Shown in pieces: positions 1-13,397 of a stretch of 64,000 nucleotides of DNA; the first letter of the stretch is position 1; every line of letters starts with the position of its first letter. The position numbers were made by a program, and so were the translations under genes. A model generated the notes under the pieces. It searched no databases and was not told the origin of the DNA. It saw nothing but the letters and a program-made list of their open reading frames with translations. The stretch is taken from the NCBI GenBank assembly GCA_003971905.1, contig RSEE01000014.1:62001-126000 (forward strand), given 5' to 3'. This DNA is from Moniliella sp. 'wahieum'. Lineage: Eukaryota.

Positions 1-1091
1 GTGATGATGTTCTGGAGACGTAGTGCTCTCGACATCTCCACTACTAGACCCACCTACTACAACAAGCCCATAACCACAACATTCATCCAAAGGCGGGTAG
101 TGACGCTCTCCAATGAAAGCGATTTGAATAGTAGTACGGTGCGTGAAGTTGAGCTCCTAAAACCACCCTCTACTAACATAAACGCTACATCGTTCAGGTC
201 CCGGGGAGCTTGAACTGCCTCCGTGGCAACCAAGCGGGCACGATCGCGGCCGGAATGTCTACTTTCGGAGTTTCTCTTACGAAGAGAGCCCCTCCTCTAG
301 CACCTACTATTGCTAAGGAGCGCATTCGAATCCTGGGACGTACTGGCCGCGCGTCATCACACGCCGCTCTCCATGGCCGCCATGGCCATTAACTCCACCC
401 AGTGCTCTTCAAGCGCCTCTGTCTCTACGCCCCAACCGACATTCCCTTTTTGAGGGGGAAATGAGACGTGCCTTTTGCAAATTCCCAACTTGTAGGACGA
501 GTCTGCCCTGTAAGAGAAGTACTCCGTCTTTTGCTGTGGACCAGAGCCTCTGTTGTCCAGCGCTAACCACTGCAACGCGGCATTTTCAGCGTCACCACTG
601 TCCCCCCATCCGGGCACAAATTGAAGTACGTTGCCGCTCCGTTGTCGCCCAACAGACTATCTAACTGTTCTCGCGCATCGCACCGCAAGCTACCTGTTGC
701 TGGACTGGTCGAGTGCATGGGGGGGAATTTCTATAGTAGGGAATTGCGGATATGCATCTCTTGCAACTAGGGAACCCCGAAATCTGGACCACTTTGGGTG
801 TGACCCGTGCGCACCTCACCCGCCACCGCCAGCCACGCCCAAGCAGTCCGGGCGCAAGCCGAAGAGGAGAGGCACTGAGCTAAGAATAAAGAGAGGGGCG
901 CGGCGCGGCAGGGCAGCCCATTGAGCGGCTGTGCGTGCTCGATGAGAGGAGCGAGGCATTGCAACTACGATCTGCACTACATCTCCTTTTTCAGGCACAC
1001 ACAACTAACTAACAACTCTCCCGGGCCCATCTACATACTTAGCAGTCCGTCCATCCCAGCCAAACGACACCAACCATTGTGCAACTTGCAT

Positions 1092-3525
1092 TCAAGGACC
1101 CGTCTCCATGCGTGTGTCACCATTAGAAAGGGCTACATCCCACAGAGCAAAGTCAGGTGCCGCAGTTACTGCGTTGGCGCCCGGGTTCTGGCTTTGCAGC
1201 AGAGCAGGAGCTTTTGGGTCGTGTCCGAGGACGAAGGGGTGGGCGTGCCACTGGGCGGAACGAGGGTTTCGGACGAAAACTGCACGGTCAGGCGCAGGGG
1301 CGGGCAGGAGTAAGAAGGGCCCTTGGCCTCGGGAACAGCGACGGAGCAGAGCAGAGGCGAGGCAGAGGTAGGCACCGCAAGGGTAGATGCCAGTCGGGTT
1401 CTGCGAAGACTGAGTAACTTTTGCGTCGTATCTGACGATGGCGGGGTCAGCTCGGTACTGGGCGTGACGGGAGTGCTCGACAACTCTCCTGTGGCCGCTT
1501 GGGAGGTACAGAAGCCGTTCCACCGCGGCAGAGCCGGCGGACACGAGTCCGAAGTGGGCTCTGCAACCGTGGGAGGCGTTGCTGAATGGGGGGGGCGGGC
1601 ACAGGCTCGGGTGCAGTTGCCGAAGACTCAGACGCCACATGGACAGCGGCTCAGGTTTGGCATCAACAGTAGAAGAAGCGGCCAAACCTGAGGCAGCAGT
1701 CGAGGCCGGGGTAGGCTCCGCATCAGGGACCGTCACTGAGAATGATTCTCGGCTGGTGCAGAAGCAGAAGCAGGGACTGGAGCTGGAGCCGCAGCCGGAG
1801 ATGTTTCATGCGTAGGAGCTGCAACCGGAGCCGGGGCAGGAGCTGAAGCTGAAGCTGGAGCTGGAGCTGCAGCCGAAGCCGGGGCCTCAGCAGGGGTCGA
1901 GCCGGAGCAGGAGCAGGAACAGGGGCCTCAGCCGGCGCCGGCGCCGGAGCGGAGAAGCCGACGGGGCAGCAGTGAGCGTCGTAGCCGGGGAGGGGCTGGT
2001 GCAGCTCCGCTGAGGCCTGGCGCGTTCTTAAGACTAGACAAGGAAGCTAGCAAGGCTTGCACCTTTTGGGTCTGGTTGGGGTTGACGACTGGAGCAGCCG
2101 CGGCGGCGGGGGCAACAGGGGTGCTGGATGCACCAGGCGCGGCGGGGCTGCCCGAGACAGAAGGTGCCTGAGCCTGAGCCCTGAAACCTGGGTCTGAGCC
2201 TGGGCCGGAAGGCCGGGCGGGGGGTCATCACGCTTCGTGGGCCCACTGGGAGGCGGGCTGTCGTACCGCGCCGGGCTGCGTGGGGACGGGCGTGGGCGGA
2301 CTAAGCGTGGGCGGGGCGTAGGGCTTGGGTGGCCCCAGGAACGACCCGTAGAAGGTCCGGATACACCGCGCTCAGCGGGCGCAGGGCGCGGGCGGAAGTC
2401 CTTGATGGCCGTGAGGGTGGCCTGTTCTTCGTCCCGCGCAGGCACATCCCACACCAAAGTCACGTCCCACGTCCCATTGGGAGGAACGGGCTTCTTGTGA
2501 AGGTTATCGGAGCCATGACAGCCACGCGCGCATCAAAGTAGTCCACAATGAACGTTCCGGGCGCTCGGGACGGATGGACTTGATCTCACCGATCTTGTCA
2601 AAGGTAGTTTGTACAGATCCTGCGTCAGGTCATGGGCAATCACCCCATTGTGAAGCAGGGAGACGCGGATCGTGCCTGGTTGCTAGTCCGAGTGCAGGGT
2701 TGGCGGTAGTCCTCCGGGCGGGGGAGGTTGTAGTGGATGTCGATCCCGCGGCGGCCACCTTACCAAAGACGTAGCCATGCAAGTTGTGCTTGGCCTCCAT
2801 CGCGGCGCGCAGATCGAAAAAGGTAATGAAACTAATGCCGCGCTTGGCCAGATCAAAGAGGGTCTTGACCTCGCCGTATTGGCCAAACACACTGCGAATC
2901 TCTTCGACGGGCGTTTCAAAGTCAAAGTTGCGCACAAACAGCGTCCGATTCGGACGCTCCTTGCCCTCGGCCCGCACAGGCACCTTGCCGGGGATCTCAC
3001 GGCGGCGCGGACCACGGTCGAACCCATCACGACCACGGTCATGGAACGAATCGCGACCGTACGGTTCGCGTCCATGCATTGGTTCACGCGCAGGGGGTTC
3101 GCGGCCATAGGGATCACGGCCATAGTCGCGTCCCCAGGGGAGGGCCGGGGGCGGGGGCGCGGCGCCGTAGCCAAGGCGCCGGGGGGCGGGCCTAGCCGTA
3201 GGGGTCGGCGGGGGGCGTAGCCGGAGGGCGGGGCGCCATACGCCGGCGGCGGCTGGCCGTAACGGGGGGCAGGCGGATAGGCCGGCGCGTAGCTGGACGG
3301 GGGGAGGCGTAGGCGGCGGGCGCAGCCGGGCAGGAGGGGGGTAGGACGGGTAGTAGCCGGCCGAAGGCACGCGGGGGCGGCGCCGTAGGGGCGGGGCGGC
3401 GCATAGGAGCCGGGGGGCACTGTCACCAAAGTCGCCGTCGTAGGCGCCGCGCTGGCCGGGCGCGCCGCGCCGCGGGTGCGGGCGGGCGGGCCGTCGTAGC
3501 TGGCATATGGGTGGGGGCGGCTCAT
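1092..3525 (-). CDS. RRM-domain RNA-binding protein (two RRMs, Mei2-N-terminal-like) with Pro/Tyr-rich N-terminus and long Ala/Pro-rich C-terminal tail; frameshifted
   Basis: ATG at 3525 (MSRPHPYASYDG). RRM1 reads RPNRTLFVRNFDFETPVEEIRSVFGQYGEVKTLFDLAKRGISFITFFDLRAAMEAK...IDIHYNLP. A second RRM-like segment lies at ~2450-2620. The 3' end is inferred from continuing Ala/Pro-rich frames and is uncertain. Confidence 0.7.
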
Positions 3526-4089
3526 GGGGGGGTCTGGTCTGGTCTGGTTGGTTTGGTCTGTCCGGGGCTGTGCTGCAGGAGGCGGAGTCAGTGAGGCCGT
3601 GGCTTTCGGGGGGGCAGACGCTGTCGTGCTCGCGGGTCGGGGCTGGCGCGCGGCGGGATGCGGCAGGGATGCCCACGCAGTACTCACGGAGAAGGGGAGG
3701 GGCGGGGGACAGGACCGGGCTCTCGGGGCTCAGCTCTCGGACCTCGTCTGTTCTTTCCGGGGGCTGTGGCACACAGCAGGCGGGGAGGCAGGCACAGCAG
3801 GCGTCAGCAACCAATGCGTGGGTCGCCGCCAAGCAGAACGCCGACGGTAGAAGCGGTGGTGGCAGCACAAGCGAGCGCCGCAGCGGCCTCGCCAGTGCGC
3901 CCCTCCGACGCGGTTCCGCCCGCCACGGCGCCACTCTCCCGGCCGCCGGTGCCCGTCGGTGCAACGCTGCGCTGTTCCGCCTCGCAGCAATTTTTCTATT
4001 CCGTCTCGCCCGCCCTCTCAGCCCGCGGTGGCCGTCGCCCTGGCCCACCCAGGCGAGCCCACCCCACCAACCGCCGCCACCGCAACAGC

Positions 4090-5782
4090 ATGACCTCCAT
4101 CGTCGACAGTGGCCTGCACAAGGGCCGCCTCAACGCCACCGCTGCCGCCGCTCCCCAGGCGGCCATGCCCGCCTCCATCCCCGTCAGCGAGAACGGCACG
4201 CCGCTCTTCACCTGCATGTCGTGCGCCGTCGCCTTCACCGGCGCCGTCGAGCAGCGCGACCACTACGCAGCGAGCTCCACCGGTACAACATGAAGCGTCG
4301 TGTGGCCAACCTCCCCCCCGTCAAGGCGGATGTGTTCAACGCCAAGATCCAAGAGCACGCTGCCGCGGCCCAAGCCGAGTACGACACGGCCGACCAGGCT
4401 GTGGGCAAGTGTGTTCCGTGCGGGTACGTTGCTCTTCTTGCTGGCTGGAACTAGGGCTGGGGCTGCACCTGCTCATACTGACTCACATTTCCCCCAGAAA
4501 ATCGTTCGCTTCCGAGAATGCATACCGCGATCACTTGGCGTCCAAGAAGCACAACCAGACGGTGGCCAAGAAGGCCAAGAAGGCGCCTTTGCCACCGAGC
4601 ACGTCGACGGACCCTCCGCTTGTGTTCCGTGTGGCTCCCTCCATGGCGCAGGTGGCAGAGGAGAAGGACGAGGAAGACCAGGACATGGTTTCCCAGCCCA
4701 AAGCACCTCTTCCTCAGCCGACCGCACCGGTGCACAAGAACATTCAGGAAGCCTTTCTCTTTGTTCCGGAGGATGCGAGCGAGGAGGAAGTGCAGAAAGC
4801 GCTCAAGGAGCGCCTGGCCACTGCTGAGCGCTTGGACGCGACCAAGGCGGCATGTTCTGCAAGGAGGACTTTTCCCACGCCCATACGGATCCCGAGGCTA
4901 CCTTGGCCGCGCTTCTTGCCCATTTGAGCAAGACTCACAGTTTCTTCATCCCCGAGCAGACGTACTTGGTGGATAAGAAGGGTCTTCTTCAATACCTCGC
5001 AGACAAGATCTATGTTGCGCACCTGTGCATTTTGTGTTAACGCGCGCAGCAAGGTCTTTGGCTCGACCGAAGCCGTACAGGGACACATGGAGAACAAGGG
5101 GCACTGCCGGATTGCGTACACGGACCGAGTCGGACCAGATGGAACTGTCGGACTTTATGACTTCTCCACGTCGTATCCGGATGCGGAGCTGTACGAGCGC
5201 AAAAAGGCGGAGCGGGCGGCCAAGAGGGCAGCCAAGAGCCGCAAGGGTCTGACAAGCGGAGAGAAAGGCGAGTGGCAGGCCGAAGTGCGGAACAAGGGGA
5301 CGAGGACGAGTGGGAAGACGAAGATGTGGAGATGGAAGAGACCGACTCGGACTTGGACTCGGACTTGTCAGATGACTCGGATGACTCGGACCTGAGCGAG
5401 CAAGAGGGGGGGTGCGCCTTGGCGACACGGAGTACGAGTTGGTGCTTCCTTCGGGCACGCGGATTGGGCACCGAACAATGAGGCTGGTACTACAACCAGC
5501 GTCAGACGGGAGAGAACCGGGACCAAGGATCTGGGTTGCGCGGAGGCTGTTGCCTGTGCGCGCGGACGGAACCAGGCCCCGCTCCCGGACGATGGCGGGG
5601 AGGCAAGTTGACAATCACCAATGCGGGGGGCAACCACATGGTGCGCAACCGCGGCGAGGCGCGCGAAGCCAAGAAGCTCGAGACGACGTTTTGCCGACAA
5701 TCGTCGTTCCCAGCGCTTCAACCTCTCGGTTGGAATTGCCAACAACCAGCAGAAGCACTTCCGTGCCCAGTACCTCCAGTGA
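4090..5782 (+). CDS. REI1: Cytoplasmic pre-60S biogenesis factor Rei1/Reh1 (ZNF622 family), C2H2 zinc fingers
   Basis: FTCMSCAVAF...RDHY.SELHRYNMKRRVANLPPV; KSFASENAYRDHLASKKH; HSFFIPEQTYLVDKKGLLQYL; HMENKGHCRIAY; ELVLPSGTRIGHR; ends NNQQKHFRAQYLQ-TGA at 5780-5782. Intron ~4424-4497. Confidence 0.92.
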
Positions 5783-6169
5783 TCTTTTGCTGATCGGTCC
5801 GCTACCCTACATTTGATGCACCTGGTCCTTGTATTTCACACTGCCATTTGAATTTCACATTGCCTCCTCCGATTCAGATCAGACTAGAGACTAGCTTACG
5901 GAGGTGTTGGGACGATAATGCGGAGAGAGGAGTGGCAGTCGGAGCGGTGTTAGCTGTATACACAAGAGGCTGGGCCGACCGTATCGGCCGGGGCACCGCC
6001 GCAAGCCTACGGAGCGCGGACACCAGCCATGTCAATCCGTCACGTGATGCCTCGTATCGCCCGGTTTCCAGCGCGCGTGCTTGTGGCTGCCAAGGTTGCC
6101 CCCCGGGGTCTATCTGCTCTAGCCGCAGCCTCTCGCTTCGTCGATTCATCGATCATCGATCATCCTCGT

Positions 6170-6175
6170 CCCTTG

Positions 6176-6208
<33 letters not shown>

Positions 6209-6236
6209 CCACCATCACCATCATCACCATCATCAC
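6170..6236. repeat. (CAT/CAC)n trinucleotide microsatellite
   Basis: gtcatcatcatc...caccatcaccatcatcacc seen directly. Confidence 0.9.
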
Positions 6237-6550
6237 CCCGATGCGAGCTGCCCCCCGCGGCGTCACGCGTCCTTCGACCTCGGCCACTGCTTACTGCACA
6301 CTGCACACCAACAAAAGCACGTCACCGGCGACTTTTCCTTGGTGGCGATTTCGCATGAATATTGAATTGCCTAAACAGGCCGAAAGAACGTACGTACGTA
6401 GCATGGGCCGGCTCTTGCTGCTTGGCGCTTAGTCCTTGTGCTTATGAAAGACACACGTCCTTCTCGCCTATAACCGTTCCATGGTCCACGAGCGTGTCCA
6501 CCACCTCCGTCAGACTTCTACCTGCCCGCCACGCCTCCGACCGGCTTAAG

Positions 6551-7805
6551 ATGGTGTCGTCGGACTTTACGCCGCTGCACTCGCTCGTGGGGGGCTGATG
6601 TTAACGTGCGGGGTGTCGGGCATGCTGGGCATTTGGGGCAGGTGGGGCATTAGCGGCATGTACCACCGCACTGTTGACCTGCTTGTTCGTCCGCCCCTTG
6701 CCGCTGGCGGACGCAAGGCTCGCAGGGGCAAAGCGTAGTGCAAGCGCGCTCGACGGCCGTGTGGTTCACTGCGGGTCTAGCGCTGGGCGGAACGGTGCGG
6801 GCACGTTCCGGTCCGCCCTCGAGGCCGGACTGGGGACGCGGCTGTTTGACCCGGACCAGGTGGTGCCGCGGGTCGCTGGGCTGGCTGGCGCTGTGCGGCG
6901 CGCTGGTCGGGTTCGGGACCCGCTGGGGAGCCGGGGCACTTCGGGCCACTTTCTCTGTGGTCTGAGTCGGTTCAGTCGCCGTTCCATCGTTGCTACCGCC
7001 ACGTTCTTCTCGGTCGCTGTGGGCACCCACCTGCTCACCTCGGACGCTGCCGTTTCTGCCACCGCGGGCACGGCAGGTGGCACGACCCATCGCCCACATG
7101 GACCGTACTGGCCTGCTTCAACTCCCCTCCTCGTCTCCCTTGGGTCTGCCTTTCCTGTTTGCCCATGGTCCGCCCTCACCCACAACGCTCAAGAAGCAAT
7201 GCTTCCTGGCCGATCTGGCGTCCTTGGCCATCGGTACGTCTTTCCCTCTCCCCCTTGCCCCGTGCCCTCTCTCCGAAAAGAAGTAGCCCGCGTTGTGAGG
7301 ACACAAAGGCTGACTGGTATCGTCAGGTGTGCATTTCGCCTTTGTCTGGCGGTGGCTGGGATGCTGCGGCCAAGTAAGGTGTTGGGGTTCCTTTCGCTTT
7401 CGCCGGCGGCGCATGCAGGGGAAGGATGGGACCCTCTCTGGCCATGGTCGCCCTGGGTGGGATCCTTCCCAGTGCGGGCATCTACTTTGCATGGCTCGCG
7501 CCGCGGGTACAGCGACAGCGCGCACAAAGTACGTCGGGTACGGAGCAGGATGCAGCACGAGTCAAGCAGGCGCCTTGGTTGGACCTTGCTGTCCCCTCTG
7601 GCGCCTGCCCACATCGCAAACCCTTGACCTGCACCTCGTCCTGGGCTCGGCAGTGTTTGCGTGGGATGGGGGCTGAGCGGACTGTGCCCGGGCCCGATGA
7701 TCGTTTCCTTTGGCTCGGATCTCGCGCGGATCGGCGGCCTTGCTCGGCACTGGCGTGCTGTTGCTCTCCATGGCGGCCGGCGGCCAGCTGGCTGCGGCCG
7801 TGTAG
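6551..7805 (+). CDS. YeeE/YedE-family sulfur-compound transporter (fused two-half form); frameshifted
   Basis: MVSSDFTPLHSLVGG; LVGFGTRWG.G.TSGHFLCGLSRFSRRSIVATATFF; AGMLRPSKVLGFL...WDPSLAMVALGG; GWGLSGLCPGP; ends MAAGGQLAAAV-TAG at 7803-7805. Confidence 0.85.
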
Positions 7806-8065
7806 GAAGTCGCTTTGCAGTGGGGAGCGTGGGCGCGTGGGCGCGGAGCGTGGAAGTGGGTTTGGATTCGTGGGTTCTTGGCGTCCAACACCTATCCCAA
7901 ACCCGGCTCTACGGTGCACTTGAGCTTCCCTCGTGCAAGATCGAGGCTCTTTCATGTGTTGCTTGTTGCTTTTTCTGCTGACCAAGTGGACAAGCTGCCA
8001 CTCTTCAACCTCCAAACTTCACTCCAGTCACTGAACCGCCCCCAGTCCACCTCCGAGGCGGGTAG

Positions 8066-8114
8066 CTAGTACCTAGTACTAGTACCTAGTACCTAGTACC
8101 TAGTACCTAGTACC
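8066..8114. repeat. (CTAGTAC)n heptamer tandem repeat, ~7 copies
   Basis: ctagtacctagtactagtacctagtacctagtacctagtacctagtacc in the gap between convergent genes. Confidence 0.9.
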
Positions 8115-8650
8115 TCGTCGAATGCTTCTCCGACTGAATCCCTGTCAGCATCACGAAAATCTGCCGCGTTGGGCGCGTCACTAGTTACTGTCAGGTGCCA
8201 TCTCCCCAGTTCCAATCGATGCTCGGAACCAGGGAAACGGAACCACTTTCTGATCATCTCATCTCTTCTAATCCATTTCGTGTCATCGACCTGAACCAGT
8301 GCTCGCATTAACCACTCAATAGTACGCCAAGGGGACACACAAGGCCGTGCCAGAGCCAAACCACAATCCTATGTAGTACCTTCGCTGCCCTACCCATGGA
8401 TGTTGGGACAGCGCGGAACGCCCACCACGGCGGGCGCAACCGTGTTGCCCTTTACCTCGTCAGAGGACGATCCAGACCGCCGCAAGGGCAGGGGGATAGG
8501 AGAAAAGTTCCCCCTGACCCGAGCCCGACAGGCGTATGCCGTATGCCTGTACCGTATGTTGCATTCTAATCCTACCGCTACCTGCCCGAGCCAAGCCGGG
8601 GTGTGACGGGGGGCAGGCGGGCAGGCGCATGCGATCCTGAGAACAAGGTG

Positions 8651-10618
8651 CTATCCAATGAGAACGGGGGCTGCGGTTCGCCGCACATGTGGACTCGACG
8701 AGAGAGAGGGGGGAGGGCGAGAAGGGAGAGGAAGTGGGGGGGGGGGGGAGGTAGGGGCCCGAACTAGTTCTAGGCCGGGCACCGGCCACCACACTTTAAG
8801 CCGGGATGGTGGGCTGCTTGGTCTCGCGTTCTTCGAGCGGGACGGTGAGACTGACTCCGAGCCCGGGGTTGCCTGTGGCTGTAACCCACCTCGCGCGGGA
8901 GGGACTGGGCCTGGACGTGCTGCAAGACACTGCGCGGCGGGTTGCCGCACCGGTCCTTGCCGTAACTAATCTTGGTCGTTTTGGTAGTCCGCATGGTTCT
9001 TCATAGCACCAATCGCTTGATCGCGTTTTGGATGTTGCAAAAGTTGACAAACGCCTGAAACGACCCCAACACAAACAACACAACACGAGGTGAGGTAGTT
9101 AGTTAACCATAGATAGCATCGAGAGCGGGGCCAGGACAAGGTGAAACAGGGTTAAAGCACGTACGCAATTTTCTCCCGCAAAAAGTTGACCTGCTCAATC
9201 TCGCCAAAGTCGCCAAAGTCGCGGCGGAGCTTCTCTTCGGTGTGGAGAGCAGGGTCAGTAATGTTGCCGACGTAGACATTGCGCGAACCGCCAGCCTGGA
9301 CGGCCATCGCAATGGCGGGGGACAAGGGTCCCGAATGCTTGCCCCACCCAATTTCAACCGCCGATGTGGATCATAACGCCCGAGTAGGACGCCATGTGGA
9401 AAAGGCGAGCGCAGCATGCGGATCGACAAAGGTGACAAACGCAATGTGCTTTTCGGGAGGTAGCGAATGGTCTGCAGCAAACCACCTCGAACGTGGTGCA
9501 AATTTCTTCAGTGGTCGTTTCGGAATGGATGTTGCCCAAGTACACGGTGCGGTTTGCCCAGTTGCGAAAGCGCGGCAGCCGCGGTCGCAGCGGCAGCGGT
9601 GGCGAGTGCGCAGGCGTACCTTCCTCGCCCTCTCGCTTTCCCCCAGGTCGGGGTCGTAATGTTGAGATAGGGGCTTGAGAGGGTACCGAGCGAAGCCGAA
9701 TAGCCAGCGACGCGGCGGCTGCGTACCCCATCGCAGCGGCCTGATGGTTGTGGGCTTGGTTTTGCTGCTGGCTCTTGGGCACGTAGGCGCAACGGTCTTT
9801 ACCAGTTGACACGTTTGTCATGCCATGCGGGATCGGCAGAGAGAGTAGCGACGACCTTGATGGCGGTTGCGATCGAAAGGAAGTGGACAAAGGCAATGTT
9901 GCGGTCCCCGAACCACCTTGACCTGGTCAATCAATCCAAACCGGCCCAGCTCGTCCCGCAGCGCTTCCTCGGTCCAGCTGTCCTCGAGGTTGCCCAGATA
10001 GACATTGCGCGTCGCATTGTTCTGTTGCACCGCCGCGGCCACTTGCTGGGCACGGGCGTGTTCTTGCCCCCACCAATTTTGAGCTCCGACGAATGAGGGA
10101 AAGGTGCTTGACACATGCGTCGGCATGGAACGCCGCAGCAGTCGAAGGTCAAGGAAGGAGATGAACGCGCACGCCTTCTCGGCAAGATGCGCACACTCGA
10201 TCGGACCAAACTTGACCAGGTTCAGCAGCTCGTCCACGACGCATCGCCCGGAAGATCACCTACGTACACGTCCGCCCGCCTGGGCCGTGGTGGTGGCTTC
10301 CAGCAGGACCCGCAAGCAGCGGCGTGGCACCGCCACGAGACGGCATGCATGCCCATGCCCATCCCGTACGGCGGGCCAAGGCCGGTGAACCATAAAAGCC
10401 GTATCCGGAGGCAGGACTGAGAACCCGGGGCCAAAGCCCGAGGGCGGGACCATGCCGTAGCCTGGAGAGGGTCAGCATGATGCTAGATTTATTTCTTTTT
10501 TCGTTGGGGCGCGAAGGGGAAAGGGACATACCATTGGGTTGGGCGAAGCGGGGTTGGGCGAAGGAGAAGAGAACGGCGGGAGAGACGCGTACATGGTAGG
10601 CATGGGGGGAGGGTACAT
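8651..10618 (-). CDS. MRN1: Four-RRM RNA-binding protein, S. pombe Nrd1 / S. cerevisiae Mrn1 family; frameshifted
   Basis: [103 protein letters not shown]. Introns ~10462-10531 and ~9055-9164. Start and stop approximate. Confidence 0.85.
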
Positions 10619-11843
10619 GCCGAGGCCGGGCTGGGGGGCACGGGGATGCGGTCGTTGGGGGTGGGGGGATAAGCGTATCCGTCGTCGGTGCCAGACTGGT
10701 CTGGGGTGGTGCCTGAAGCAGGGAAGAAGATGGGGGTGCGGGGGGGAGGGGCTGACGGGACGAAGGGCGTCGGGGCGTCGGGTGACAGGGAGGCCGGCGG
10801 CGTAGGCAGGAGGGCGCAGAGGCAGAGGCAGGAGGAGGGGGCGGAGGGGGGGTGCGGGCCAATGGCTGTGCGGGGGGGGGGGGGGTTAGGGGTGCTGCGG
10901 CGGGGCGCGGACAAGCGAAGAGGCAGCGGAGAAAGGGAAGCAAAAGGCGGGGCCAGGCGAGCCAGGCAGCGCAGACGAAGGGCAAGCGAGGGGGGGGGGG
11001 AGGGGGAGGAGCGGGCGGCGGCGACGGCGGGGCCACGACGACGACGACGGCAGCGGAGTGGCAGTGGCGGGGCAGGCGGTGGGACAGAGCAAGGGGCGGC
11101 TGGGCGCGCTCTTAATGCGCCGGCGGCCTGCGCCGAGCCGCAACTGCGGCCACCGCGCGCGGGTGGTGGGTCGAGCGCTGTTTGCTGCGCGCTGCCCCTC
11201 GGCGTAGAGCGGGCACAAACGCACACTGCCCCCCTGCCGCCGCCCACATTGCCGGCGCGCGCGGCGGCCAGGATCAGCGCCGCCACACTGGCCCCCTGCT
11301 GCGCCCAGCGTGCTCCACACCCCGCCTGCTGCCACGCGGCACGCGCCCAGTGTCCGTGTCACCGCTCACCCGTGAGGCCACTGGGCCACTGCGCCACTGC
11401 GCCCCGCCTCGCTTTGCCCGCCATGGCCTGCGGCTGTCCCAGGCTGTCCCAGGCTGACGCGCTGACCCCTGCCGCCGCTCGCCGCCAGCGCCCCATTGTT
11501 GGTCTGTCCTTCTGGCCTGCCTGCGCTGCGCCCCCACCACCATCTCCTCATTAACCTCATTCCCCATTCCTCATGGCCCAAGCCAGCCCCATGCATTCAC
11601 ACCTTGCGTCTACCAGCAGAACAGAGCAGCCCTCCACCATCGCCCTTGCCTTCAGGGCCAGGTAGTGGCATGCGTCATCATAATGGCTGCGCGCACACGC
11701 ACAGCAGTGGCATAGGCAGGGGGCACAAGAAGCCATTGTTATATATCCACATGCGGCGGGGGGGGGGGAAAGAGAGGCACCCCTCAGCTACCACGCCCTC
11801 CGCTCCTCGCTCCATGCCCACCTGCCACACGACTCTCACCTCA

Positions 11844-13397
11844 TCACACCTTGGGCAGCACAGGTGCGTCCGGCACGCTGCCCAGCGGCGACATGGCCTT
11901 GTCTGTGCTGGGCGTCTGCATCTCCGGACTGTTCTGGCGCGCAATCTCGTCCGACTCTCCCTTGCTCACCTTTTCATCGGCCGCCGTGGCGGCCGCACGG
12001 GCCGCGATCCGCTCGGCGCGCATGCGCTGGTGGGCTTTGCGCCGGCGCGACTCCCAGATCTTGTACTCTTTGCCCTTGTAGGTAAACACGAGCCCCAGGC
12101 GTCCCTCGGCCCACATGCGGTAGTTGAGGTAGGCCGCTACGACCGCCCAGAAGAGGCGTACGAAATCGTCGCGCCGTAGCTCCACGAGTTGTTCTGGACA
12201 GTCTAGAGTTAGCATGGCATCCCTTTTGGCTCCTCCCAGCAAGGTATAGGTAGCCCACAACAGCCAGAACGGCAAAACAAAGCGTCTCTTCACGTACCCA
12301 GCCAAACAGCGAATTCAGAATACTCCATCCCGTTCCGCCCCCCTTGTCCTCCGGGTTGCCCGTGTCGAAGTGGACAAACACGTTCCACGGTGCATAGGAG
12401 CCGGGCCCGAGCCCGACTCAGCCGCCGCATCGCCGACCAACTGGACATACTTGTAAAACTGAAGGTAGTACACCGCACGGGAAAACATCCCGGCCGCAAT
12501 GATCAGCAGCGCACACGTCGAGAACAAGAGGAACATCTTGACCCGCTTGGCCCATGCGCCCCCGCGCCAAATCAGAATACCAATCCCAAACCCGATGGCC
12601 AACCCGACAATCGCGGGAATGGAATGGAACTCGCTGGCAGGCCGAGCGAGACACCGCCAATGAACACCACGCCTTCCAGCCCCTCACGAAGCGTGGTATG
12701 AGCGGGATGGTAAACATGACCCATTCTGGCTTGCTGCGCATGGAGGCCAAGTCGGTGCTTTTCTTTCTTGGGTGGGCAAGCCAAAGAACCGACGTTTGAG
12801 CTCCGCTCGTGGCCTGGGAGGGGGAGCGCATCGCCATGCTGGACCGCTTTGGCAGCCCGCTTACGTTCTTGCTTCTCAATTGCCTCGCGATACGCATTTT
12901 TGAGCTTGACGCTCCATTTGGCCTTGGACCGGTCGGCACGGAGAATGGCCATGCTCATGGGCAAAATGAGAATGACGGCAATCAGGTTGAAGATGCCCTC
13001 CCAGAGTTCTTCGGCTTTGCCGTACAGGTCATTGACCTGCGTGTAAAACACGGCCAAAAACGCCGCGCCAATGCAGAACGCAATAATCAGCCCAGTAAAC
13101 GCACCAAGGAAGATGGATTTGCGCAGCTGCTTGATGAGCACCTTGCGCTCCAACTCGACGTGCTCGGTGGTCTCGCGCGTGCCATCGAAATCGTCTGGGG
13201 GCCGCTTAATCTCGTCCGGATCCGCCTCGTCATCTGGCCTGAGCTCGGCAGTTTGAGGTCATCCTTAACCAAGGACTCGACCGAGGCCAAGAGGATACCA
13301 ATGACCAACGAGGCCTCCATCGCCTCGCGCCAGGCGATGAAGAGGAAGGTGCAAAGACCTTGTTGCCGGTATTGCCAATGATTGGCGCAGTAGACAT
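11844..13397 (-). CDS. FTR1: High-affinity iron permease Ftr1
   Basis: Two RExxE motifs (WREAMEASLVIGILL; TTLREGLEGVVFIGGVSLG); KAEELWEGIFNLIAV; AGMFSRAV; SILNSLFGW. Intron from 12297 down to ~12194/12203. ATG at 13397 (MSTAPIIGNTGNKVF). Confidence 0.95.

Noticed and set aside
1..120. C/D snoRNA suggested by GTGATGA at the window start
   Set aside because: No CTGA D box at a suitable distance, and upstream context is missing.
8066..8114. CRISPR-like or telomeric array
   Set aside because: Simple head-to-tail 7-mers without spacers, not TTAGGG-like, in a eukaryotic context.
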